Source: Porphyridium purpureum
Lineage: Eukaryota
Direction: 5' to 3'
DNA: 64,000 nt
Assembly: GCA_008690995.1 (NCBI GenBank)
Contig: VRMN01000003.1
Span: forward strand, 310,001 to 374,000
This document shows, piece by piece, positions 19,230 to 29,000 of this stretch. A program made the position numbers and the translations under genes. How positions within the stretch are numbered: position 1 is the stretch's first letter; each line of letters opens with the position of its first letter. The notes below the pieces were generated by a model. It saw only the letters and a program-made list of their open reading frames with translations. It was not told the DNA's origin and did no database searches.

Positions 19230-21686
19230 TTAAAAATTCTCTTTCGCGACAAGGACTCTGCACGTGCATATCTGGATCCTGTTGTCGCGAAGCATTTGCC
19301 TCTTCACCTCGAACAAATGCTCGGCTGTCACGCGATGCGCAACGCTCTGCAACTCGCGGGCAACTGCCGGTGCGCCGCAGTAGAAGACACCGACTGTCGA
19401 ACCGTGGTTCGGGGAGCCTCTGTGTGCGCGCAGGATCGCAGCGCTCATGATTTTATGCCAGTCAGGACGACCGGCGATCAGCTCGTGTTGTGGGCCGCAG
19501 CGTGAGCGATCGAAGGGATCCAAACGGACTAAGGTCTCAGGCTTGTCGCGTGTGGCGTAAAACTGCAGCGAAAACGAGCGTGGGAGACTCTTTGCCGACT
19601 CAGCAAGGTCCTCGGCCGCCCAGCTCATGCCGGTGTATGTTTTGTTCACCCAAATTCCTTGCATACTGAAGTCATCGTCGAGTGGATCCACCGACAGGGT
19701 GGATCCCTCGTTGCTTTGACGCGAAGGAACAGCGTATAGTTTCGTATGTCGCACATTTTCAGCCTCCAAGAGCTCCGGTGGACGCGCCGTCGCGTAATAG
19801 ATGAAAAAGATACGCACCGTGTGGACCAGCGTGTACACACCGTAGAACGAAAAGTACAGAACGGCATTCAACAGTGATGGTGAAATCGCGTCTGCGATTG
19901 AAGCGGCGAGTGACGCAACAGTCATGGCCACAATTGCAAGTTCCATGACGAAGATAATCGACACAATGTAGCGCTTACCATACGACGCGCCGGACAGAAT
20001 CACCTTGGGAACATAGATAAACAGAACGAGCAGGCTCGCAACAATTTCGATTGCAGCGGATTCCAAACTCTTTCCAAAAATCCATACGCACATGACAAGC
20101 GTCACGAGCATAATAGATATCAGAAATAAACAAATGTTGACCGTCATACTTTCAAGAATACTGGCCGCAAAGGCCACGCGAGCACGAGTTGTCATGGTCG
20201 CGCGACTAACGCGTTCAAAGCCAAGCACGTCTGTGAACGCCATGTCGCCATGATCCAACACGAATTGCTCCTCCTCAGTGAGGGGCAGCTCGGGTACTTC
20301 GGGAGCGTTCCACGTCCTTTCTGATCCTGATGACGACAGGCCGTCCGCATCCTGCAATGATTCATCTCGCATCAAAATCCTCGTCTCATCCACTATGTGA
20401 TGCCACACAGAAAGCAGCGGCGTCACACCGATACCGGTTCCAATCACGACAATGTGCCTGTACGCAGAGAACTTTTGGGCAGGCGCACCGAAGCCGCCCC
20501 GCAAACTTGCCCCGACAATGCCTGCAGTAGATCCACTTTCCGCGTCGGTCGCCGTCGCGCTATTCGCTAGTTCCCACAGTGCTCCTGTCCAGCGACCGGC
20601 CGCCTTGATAAAGAACGTCGCCTCCCCGCGGTCGTTGGGCGCGGATGCTATCGTGAAGGCGTGCCACTCCCACACAGAGATTTCCTTGATGCGAATGTCA
20701 GCATACTGTCCTGCAGAGTACCTCCATCCGGGCACCTGCAGAATCAGCTTCGTCACCCTGTCTTCGCCATCCTCATGCGCGCTGATGTGGACCACGGTCG
20801 CCTCCCGGGCAGCGTGGCGCACGCGCCGCATGATGACGTCAATGATGTACAAGACCAGCGGGCCCGCCAAGAAGTACACCGTGATTGGGTACCCACGTTG
20901 CGTGCCGTGAATGATGAGCAGCGGGATGGCAGACACAATCCCAATCACATGCGACAACCAGAAAATGCGAAACCCAATCGTGCTGCGCCGTACCTTCTCC
21001 AGCGTCGTCGCGAAAAACAGCAGAAACACAACGAGGAGTAAGATGCCCGTGATGAGCAGCTGCAGCGTCGCAAAGCCGGCACCAAACGTCCACACGGGGC
21101 CTCCGTCGTTGATGACAATCGCTTCCGTGGCATAGTTCACAACCTGCGGGACGGTGTGAATAACACAGCCGGCAATGACAATTGTCAGTGCGATCAAACG
21201 ATGGTACTTTGGCATCACCTTGTCCACCGGAAACGCATACTGGATCGGCGTGCTCCGCACCCATGTCCAGAACCACTTGCTGCCGGTTACAAATACGACT
21301 GCAGCGTTCCACGAGACCAACCGGCCAGCGCCACGTGCAATGGGCAAGGTGTACCGCAGAATCTTACTCTCCGTGGTCCAATGAGGTGCCGTGAATTCCC
21401 ACACACCCCACGTTGCCATACAGATATCCAACGCAATCAGCAGCGCGAGCGTGGCCAAGTTGGCACCTTGGTTGGAGAAGAACGCCTCACTCCTCGTCCA
21501 GAACGAACCTACCCTGGGTTCTTTGGCCTTGGTCTCCTTTGCCTTGCCCGTCTTCGCCTGTTCGCTGTTTGGTTGATATGCGGCATTTTCTCGCTCAGCT
21601 GTGCGCGCTGGCACCTCGTGTGCCCCTCGTGGAACGTCCTGTGGCGCAGCCGCGGCCAGTGCGCCTGCGTCGCCCGCGTCTGCCAT
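19230..21686 (-). CDS. NADPH oxidase copy B, 818 aa
   Basis: Same motifs as copy A; intact ORF. Confidence 0.93.
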   Translation of the reverse strand: MADAGDAGALAAAAPQDVPRGAHEVPARTAERENAAYQPNSEQAKTGKAKETKAKEPRVGSFWTRSEAFFSNQGANLATLALLIALDICMATWGVWEFTAPHWTTESKILRYTLPIARGAGRLVSWNAAVVFVTGSKWFWTWVRSTPIQYAFPVDKVMPKYHRLIALTIVIAGCVIHTVPQVVNYATEAIVINDGGPVWTFGAGFATLQLLITGILLLVVFLLFFATTLEKVRRSTIGFRIFWLSHVIGIVSAIPLLIIHGTQRGYPITVYFLAGPLVLYIIDVIMRRVRHAAREATVVHISAHEDGEDRVTKLILQVPGWRYSAGQYADIRIKEISVWEWHAFTIASAPNDRGEATFFIKAAGRWTGALWELANSATATDAESGSTAGIVGASLRGGFGAPAQKFSAYRHIVVIGTGIGVTPLLSVWHHIVDETRILMRDESLQDADGLSSSGSERTWNAPEVPELPLTEEEQFVLDHGDMAFTDVLGFERVSRATMTTRARVAFAASILESMTVNICLFLISIMLVTLVMCVWIFGKSLESAAIEIVASLLVLFIYVPKVILSGASYGKRYIVSIIFVMELAIVAMTVASLAASIADAISPSLLNAVLYFSFYGVYTLVHTVRIFFIYYATARPPELLEAENVRHTKLYAVPSRQSNEGSTLSVDPLDDDFSMQGIWVNKTYTGMSWAAEDLAESAKSLPRSFSLQFYATRDKPETLVRLDPFDRSRCGPQHELIAGRPDWHKIMSAAILRAHRGSPNHGSTVGVFYCGAPAVARELQSVAHRVTAEHLFEVKRQMLRDNRIQICTCRVLVAKENF

Positions 21687-21833
21687 GACTGCGACCTTCC
21701 CACTCGGCTACGGCTCGACTCGCCTCGCTACGACGGGATCACGCAAATGCCCGCGCGCGCGTGTGTGTTCTTGTACCTGCTCTCCACACGGCGTGTGAAG
21801 TCGAGCGCAGCCATGCCCGTGGGCGTGTGTCCT

Positions 21834-22310
21834 AGTTGAAGCCAGGGGCCCTGCGCGGGCACCTGTCCGCTGCTGCGAGCGCGGCTTCATTCCTTTTTGA
21901 TAGAGCAAAATTCGCTCTTCTGGTGTTGAAGGAGGAGTTGACTAGAAGGTAGCTGAGTCCTAATTCCGGCTTCACGGGGACAGATTTCTGAAAACAACTC
22001 TCATATATCTTTAAAGCTCCTTACTTCTTAAAATGTCTAGGCTATCTCCGAAAACTACTCGAAAGACTCGCGCTTTTATACCCGCCGCTGCTCAGCTTGT
22101 GTCCGCTCCAGCGATGCTCCGATTCTGCGGCGCTATTCCGCGAAGTCGCGCTGCCCGTTACAGTGTGCTGGCCAGGTGTTCCCAAAAGGCCGTCAATACC
22201 ACAGGCCCGTTACGAGTGCTACTCCGGCGCTGGCAAGGGATAATTGAACCGGTTACAATTCTTGTCGCGACTCCGGCTTGGAACTTGGTGTCGCGGTGAC
22301 GGTTTCAACT
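21834..22310 (-). repeat. Copia 3' LTR (copy 1)
   Basis: Direct repeat of 33085-33561; termini AGTTGAA...TTCAACT; preceded on the minus strand by PPT AAAGGGGGGCAG; TATAAAA at 22074-22080. Confidence 0.95.
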
Positions 22311-24439
22311 CTGCCCCCCTTTGTGCCACTTTCTTGGAAGTGGGACAAAGCGCTCTCCTCAATCCAATTTCTGAGGATTACCTGACCTGTGCCAGTGACC
22401 CGCTTGGTGAGACAGTCTGCGGGATTCCTATTGCCGCGAATCCACGTGAGTTGCTGGAGCTCTCCGGTTTCTAGTTCATGGCGAATCAAGGCAGCGTCAA
22501 GACGCAGAAATTTTTCAATGTCGCATGAGCTGGTGGTTAGATTCGCTTGCATCCCTTTTGAGTCCGTAAATGCATGGATAGGAACCTTGACTTGCGCGAA
22601 TTCGTAGAAAAACGCCTGGATCAGCTTGGCCGCTGCATAACCTTGGGTTATAGCCAGCAGCTCCGCATGTGGAGTGCTGTAAACAACCTTTCGCATTCTC
22701 CGCGACTCCCAATCCACAAGATGTGACACTGATATTCTTGACTTCCAGGTCAGTCCGATGGCAATGCCCAATTGAGCATGCGGCAATTCCTTTCCATGTG
22801 GGAAGCCTGCGTCCGTAAATACTTCGATTACAGCCTTCTCCCACATATGAGCGAAGTCCTTGCCTCTGCACGGGCGATTAAGTACCTTCTTGAATGATAG
22901 GCAGTTCGGCTGTCTCTTGCACTCCTTAAGTACTCCATTGGCGAGACGTAAATCATGAACGGAAAGATGTGCCGCTCTTTGTAAAAGAAAGGATGCAGCG
23001 AAGGCCGCCACAGGACTTGTTCGATGACCTAGCCAATTGAGCTTGCCACAGAGCTTGAGATAGTCCTTGTGATCCTTATCCACGACTGCCGCCTTGTCTT
23101 TAGGTACTTCAAGTGCTTCAATTTCTGCCGCATAGTCGCGTTGATTGAGAGTGATCCTGTCACTCGACGTTTCGACATTCCAGCCGACGAAGCGCATGCT
23201 TTCTGGGGCAAGCACTCGCGTGCCTAATTTGAAACGCTTTTCAAATTGCACGAGGAAGGCTGTTACAGCTTCCTTGGTTCCACATCCAAAGATGTCATCC
23301 ACATATTTGGCTAAAAGTAGGTTGCGCGATGGCGAGAAAAAGATTTGTGGAAAGAACAGAGATTGACGGAGACCCATGTTCCGTAGTTCTCCATCGCTGC
23401 ACTTCAACCACTGCCTTCCGGCATCACGCAAGCCGTAAGGCATCTTGAGAAGTTTCCACAGTGTACGTCGTCTGGCCTCCAAGAAAGGTGGTAGTCGCAC
23501 GAAAATCAACCTAGGTGCTGGTCCGCTTTTCATATAAGCCCCTTCCACGTCGCCATTGAAAGCTTGCCAACCCATGGCTGCACAAATACTTGCCACGAGC
23601 CGTTGAGCGTTGCTGTTTGGTACGGGTGCATCACCACGTACCATTGATCTTTCCTTGTCTCGATGACCGTGTAGAACTAGTCGAGCCTTCAGCCTGCGCT
23701 GCTTGTTACCAGCTGCAGGTTTGACATTAAAGAGCACGTGGCATCCTATCACATTCGCACCGGACGGGATTTGGGACACGTCAACCTCTTCATATGCACC
23801 GTTCCACACCTGGAGTTCACGTGTCAGCGCTTCCTCGAAAATATTCGACGGTAGACCACAATTCATCGCCTTATTATATGAAAATGGATTTGTTCCAAAT
23901 ATCTCCTCCACCCTTGCAACATAGTCATGCTCACCAAGATAAATCTCTATCAGTCGCTGTGTTCGGCGTCGTACCCGGCTGGATGCACGCACTGGAGTCT
24001 CCGGCGTCTTCCGCTTTCGATCCCTCCTTACACGTTTGATGTCATGAATGTCGGCGTTGTTTGCTTTCCCGAAATCACCAGTGTCGTTAGGCATTCGTTT
24101 TAAGTGGGCACGTTGATCTTCATCCTCCTTGTCTTTTGTCACTAATTCATTCGGAGATGTGTCAACGTTGCCGTCCGCTGCAAAGTGCCTGCGCTTGATT
24201 TCTTGCTCTTCGCTATCAGACCCCTCTTGCAGTGGTCTCTCACGTTTTTCTGTGCCTGTTGAATCCTCAAAACTTGTTTCCTCGTGAGAAATAGCATTTT
24301 CTTCTGCTTCGGTGATTGCTTGCTGAGAGCTTTCGGATGTTGCCGGTTTCATGGCCGTAGATGTTTCTTCAACAATGAGACCAGTAGCACCTTCTGTTAC
24401 TCTTGTTGAGGCCAACTCTTCGGGAATAGCTGCTTCCAT
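22253..24439 (-). pseudogene. Copia polyprotein C-terminal fragment (linker, RT, RNase H) cut off by the Gypsy insertion
   Basis: KARLVLHG, YGLRDAGRQW, YVDD, TDAGF, NPADCLTK; matches the 3' half of the intact ORF at 46904-51502. Confidence 0.9.
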
Positions 24440-24440
24440 T

Positions 24441-24732
24441 TGTCGCGAGCGACCTGATGCAGGTCTCAGTACAGCGAGTACGCAGAGGTACAGTCCCTAA
24501 GTGTACTGAAAGTACAGCTGTGGGTGTACCGTGTGGTACAGCTGAGTTATGTTGAGGGCCGCGGGATTGGGTTATTCCGAGGGCTGAACCCGCCGGGCAA
24601 GCCGTTGCGGCGCCGGAAGGCGGGTATAAAACAGAGCGAGCGGCAGCCGAACGAAGAAAAAAGGCTAGGAAGAAGAGAGGAGGTAGAGGAGGAGAGAAGA
24701 AGAAGTAAAGAAAAGAAGCTCCGTTTGTGACA
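24441..24732 (+). repeat. Gypsy 5' LTR
   Basis: TGTCGC...GTGACA, TATAAAA at 24625-24631, direct repeat of 30375-30666. Confidence 0.95.
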
Positions 24733-24789
24733 TAATTTGCAAATTGGTCGTGTGGGAGCGAGGAAGTGTGGGGTTGGGAGTGGGATAGG

Positions 24790-26088
24790 ATGGCGCGTGG
24801 GCGTGGGGCAGGAGTTGGAGAGGCAGGTGGGCCTCGCGAGGCAGCAGTTGTGGCAGGACTTGGGGAGCCACGCAGCGGATCCGCGATCATCGAAGCAGGG
24901 GCCGCTCGTGCCGGGGGCCCAGCGCCAGAAGACGGGCCTGTCGTGGAGCACCAGGGTGAAGCTGTCGACAATGAGCAGGGGACGCCAGGTCACCTGGAAG
25001 CCGCAGCCGACGCAGAGTCCGTTGTCCCGGTTGGAGACCTAGCTGCACCGGGCGGAGCCGAAGTGATGGCCCTTCGCGCTCGCGTTGCTGAACTGGAGGC
25101 CCAGGCGCACAGCCGCAACTCGGCGCAGACCTCGGGCCGTACCATGGATCGGTCGTTCTGGGAGGAGCAGTTGAAGCTCGCAGCAACCTTTCGCGAGGCG
25201 GTCCGCAGTGCTCAAGTTCTTATCAAGGCCCCAGGTGACGCTCATTTCTTCGCGTCGCGGACCTGCTGGGAGTCGCACGCGGACACACTTGGCCTCGCAA
25301 GGGACAATGTCGCGGAGCACATCAGCGCTTGCTTTGGTGGGCCCGCGGTGTCAAGGTACCAAGCCGTGATCAAAGATGTCGATGCGGCAGGGCCCGGCGC
25401 AGCGAACCGTGTGTGGAAGGCACTGGAGTCCATGTTTTTCAATGTCGAGCACCGCCAGGCTTTGAAAGCCGAGCTCCGCCGCATGAAGTTCCAACCGGGG
25501 AAAGCCAGCTTGAGTGTCTTTCTGAACGACCTGGAGACCAAGGCTGACGGGCTCAAGATGGACGACGAGGACAAGAAGGACGTGTTGATCGAAGCCATGG
25601 ACTCCGCGTTCTTGAAGAACACGGTCCGCATGATCGGCGTGAGCGTCTCGTTCACCAAGCTGCGCTCAGCTCTGGTGGACCACGTCGGTGAAGATGGTTT
25701 GAAGGGTCTACCGAGTCGCCCGCTTCCTCCGTTTGGCCAGCAACGCCCGCTTGGCCGCGAGAGAGTGGGCCGCATAGGCGAGGTCCCGGGCACGACGATC
25801 CAGAAGCGCGGTCGTGACTACGGCCTGTACGCAGAGGATGTGTACCAGGTCGAGAGCTTCGGGCCACAGGCCAAGCGCCAAGCCCTTCCGACTGCTTTGC
25901 CCGGACAGCCGCAGTGCTGGCAGTGCGGCGAACTTGGACACTTGAAGAGGGATTGCCGCAATGGATGGCCACGGGCCGATGGGGGAGTGCATCGCCCCGC
26001 GGGCCAAGGTGGAGCACCACGTGCGCCGTATCCGGACGGTGGCTTGAGCCACGGACCAAAAAACGGGCAGTGGGGCAGCAAGCAGTAG
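24790..26088 (+). CDS. gag: Gypsy Gag with CCHC zinc knuckle
   Basis: CWQCGELGHLKRDC knuckle; first ATG at 24790. Confidence 0.9.
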   Translation: MARGRGAGVGEAGGPREAAVVAGLGEPRSGSAIIEAGAARAGGPAPEDGPVVEHQGEAVDNEQGTPGHLEAAADAESVVPVGDLAAPGGAEVMALRARVAELEAQAHSRNSAQTSGRTMDRSFWEEQLKLAATFREAVRSAQVLIKAPGDAHFFASRTCWESHADTLGLARDNVAEHISACFGGPAVSRYQAVIKDVDAAGPGAANRVWKALESMFFNVEHRQALKAELRRMKFQPGKASLSVFLNDLETKADGLKMDDEDKKDVLIEAMDSAFLKNTVRMIGVSVSFTKLRSALVDHVGEDGLKGLPSRPLPPFGQQRPLGRERVGRIGEVPGTTIQKRGRDYGLYAEDVYQVESFGPQAKRQALPTALPGQPQCWQCGELGHLKRDCRNGWPRADGGVHRPAGQGGAPRAPYPDGGLSHGPKNGQWGSKQ

Positions 26089-26099
26089 CTGCCCCCTGC
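26058..26099 (+). promoter_or_regulatory. Programmed -1 ribosomal frameshift signal (slippery heptamer plus stem-loop)
   Basis: A AAA AAC in the gag frame at 26058-26064, a 7-nt spacer, then stem GGGGCAGC (26072-79) / GCTGCCCC (26088-95). Pol is in the -1 frame. Confidence 0.8.
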
Positions 26100-29000
26100 A
26101 TGGAATGGTGGGAGCCGGGCGATGCCTCAGGTGAGGCAGAGTTGCAAGGCGCGGCGTACGCCAAGGAACAAGACGGCGACGCGGAGCTGGCCGTGCGTGC
26201 GGACAACAGTCCGACGTTGCGGGTGAAGCTCACCGCATGTGGCCAGGCAGTGGTCGCACTGGCAGTTCTGGACACGGGCGCAAACTCAACATGGGTGAGC
26301 CCGAGCGTGGCTGACCGGCTCGGCTTGAAAACGCAGCCGTCAAGTTGGGGAGCGCGAGGGCCGGACGGCGCCTCCTTGGGCAGAGTCAGCGTTGGGTTTC
26401 TGGATCTGCATCTCGGGTCTTTCGTTTTTCCGTGCGAGACGGTCCGAGTGGCGGAACACCTCAAGACAGATCTCTTAATCGGCTGGGACTTCCAGGTTCG
26501 AGAAGTCGCGGCCGTGCTGCCAGGTCAAGCTGTGTTCTTCAAGCGTGGAGGTTCTCTACCGTTCGAGCAAGTGAGTGGTCTGCCGGGCCCAGAACACATC
26601 GGTCATCTTGAAGAACCGGGCGAGATTGATCGTCGAATCGCCCAGCTGGAGCAGAAGCACGCGGCCGAGAAAGAGGAAGCCCTGCGCAACGCCGCGGCCA
26701 TCGAGCTTGGGCATCTCGAGCCCGAGCAGCGCAAACGAGTCGGCGACGTCCTAGCTGAGGCGTGGGTGCTGTTCAGGCCGTCCATGGGATTAACGGACCT
26801 GGTGGAACACACCATCACTGTCGAACCGGGCCAGCGCCCTCTGGTGGCCAAAGTGCGCAGGCGCTCAGAGGCCGAGAACGAGGCTGAGCGCAGCCTGGTC
26901 GAAGCCCTTGTCGCTAAGGGAGTGCTGCAGCCGAGCACGTCGGAGTGTGCAGCAGCCAACGTACTGATCCGGAAACCAGATGGATCGTATCGGATGACTA
27001 CCGACTTTCGCCCGCTCAATGCAATCACAATCAAGGACAGGTACCCAATCCCAGACGTTGGGGAGATGCTCGACTGGCTTTCGAGGCGCCGATGGAAGAG
27101 CGCTCTCGATCTCAAGGACGGGTTTTTCCAGGTGCCCCTTGCGCCAGAAAGCATGCATTTGACTGCCATGATCACACGTGAGGGGCTATTTGAATACACG
27201 CGTCTGCCGCAGGGCTGCTGCAATAGCCCGCCAACGTTTCAGCGACTCAACAACCGGATTTTGGGCCCTATGCGCCATGCACACGCGCAGATCTACATTG
27301 ACGATCTGACAGTGGGACATGAGACCTTCGAGGAACATGTGGAAGGACTTCGTCAGATCTTGCGAAGGTTCGCGGCGTCGGGACTTACACTGTCGGCCCG
27401 CAAGTGCAAGATTGCTCTGGCAGAAGTACAGTTTCTGGGCCATCGCATTGGCCCGCAAGGTTTGCGGCCTGGGGTAGATAAGACGCGGGCAATCCTGGAG
27501 TGGCCAGAGCCAGAAGAAGCGAAGGACCTGCAGCGGTTCCTGGGACTGGTCGGCTGGTTTCGTAACTTCATACCGAACTTCGAGGAGCGTGCCCTCCCGC
27601 TGAGGCGAGCGCTGACTGGGCTCGGATTGACGGACAAGAAAGGTGGCTTCCACCGGAAGACGGCCGGTGGCGCAGAGTGGGCGAGCAGATTCGGGGACGA
27701 CCAGCGCGCCGCGTTCATAGACCTACGCCATGCGCTAGGTGATCCGATGGACGACGGTAGCGCAGTCCTGGTTGCATTCAATCCGGCCGCCGAGATGGTT
27801 CTTGAAGTCGACGCGAGCCAGGTGGGCATTGGCGCGGTCTTGCTTCAAGGGGACCAGCGGCGCCCGGTGGCCTTTTACTCAAGGGCATTCCGAGGCGCAG
27901 AGCTGAACTACAGCGTCACGGAGCAAGAGTGCTTGGGTGCCATACTATCCATGGAAAAGTTCAGGCACTATCTGTTCGGCAAGAAGTTCATTCTCGTGAC
28001 GGATCACTCGGCGCTGCTGTGGCTGCTTCGCCAGAAAGAGCCACGGGGTCGGACGGCAAGGTGGATCATGCGCGTGCAAGATTTCGAGTTTGACGTGAAG
28101 CACAAGCCAGGCGCAGCGAATATCGTGGCCGATGCGCTATCGCGTACTCCTCTGGACACTGGCACGGAAGAAGAGGTCCGGGAGGTACGGGACACGCAAG
28201 ACAGTGGGGCGCTATACGCTGTGCCCACGGACGACGAGCTCAGAGCAGCGTACGCAGAGGACGAGCAAATCTGCGCGGAGCTCAAGAACCTATCAGGACC
28301 CGCGCCAAAGTACTCCTTCCCTGAGTATATCGTGGACGAAGACGGGATTGTGTTTGCGTTGCTGAAAGACATGCCCAGGCGGGTGGTCCCTGACGCGCTT
28401 GTGTCGGCAGTTCTCAACGTCTATCACGGAGCCCCGCTGTCAGCTCACATGGGGACGGCGAGGACGGCGGCGAGGATAGCCGACGCGCAGTGGTGGTGGC
28501 CCGGGTGGACAGAAGACGTTCGGAAGTTCGTTCGGTGCTGCCACGAGTGCATAGCGCGCAAGGCACCACCACCCCGCCGGAACGCGGCGATGGTGCAGTA
28601 CTCGGCGTCCAGACGCTTTGAAATTGTAGGCATGGACATCCTCACCATCAGTCCGGAGACGCGAACGGGAAATATCAAGGTGCTCGTCATGATGGATGCT
28701 TGGACGCGATGGGCGGTTGCCGTGGCGCTCCCGGACGAGAAGGCAGAGACCGTGGCGCGGAGTTTCCTGCAGACGTGGTTGACTGTCTTTGGCCCGCCGG
28801 AGTCCATCTTGTCCGACCGGGGCTCAAACTTTGTCGGTGAGGTGATCACGTCGCTTTGCGCCAGACTCGGAATCCGGAGGCTCATGACGACAGCCTACCA
28901 CCCGCAGACGAACGGAAGGGTGGAGCGCTTCAATGCGACCCTGTGCAAGATGCTGTCGGCGTACGTCAGTGCAAGCTCGCGCGACTGGGATAGGTGGCTG

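Noticed and set aside
21829..21833. Site-specific Copia targeting, since two copies sit at the same GTCCT site
   Set aside because: The exact 18,421-bp higher-order periodicity and shared flanking variants are explained more simply by duplication of one insertion.
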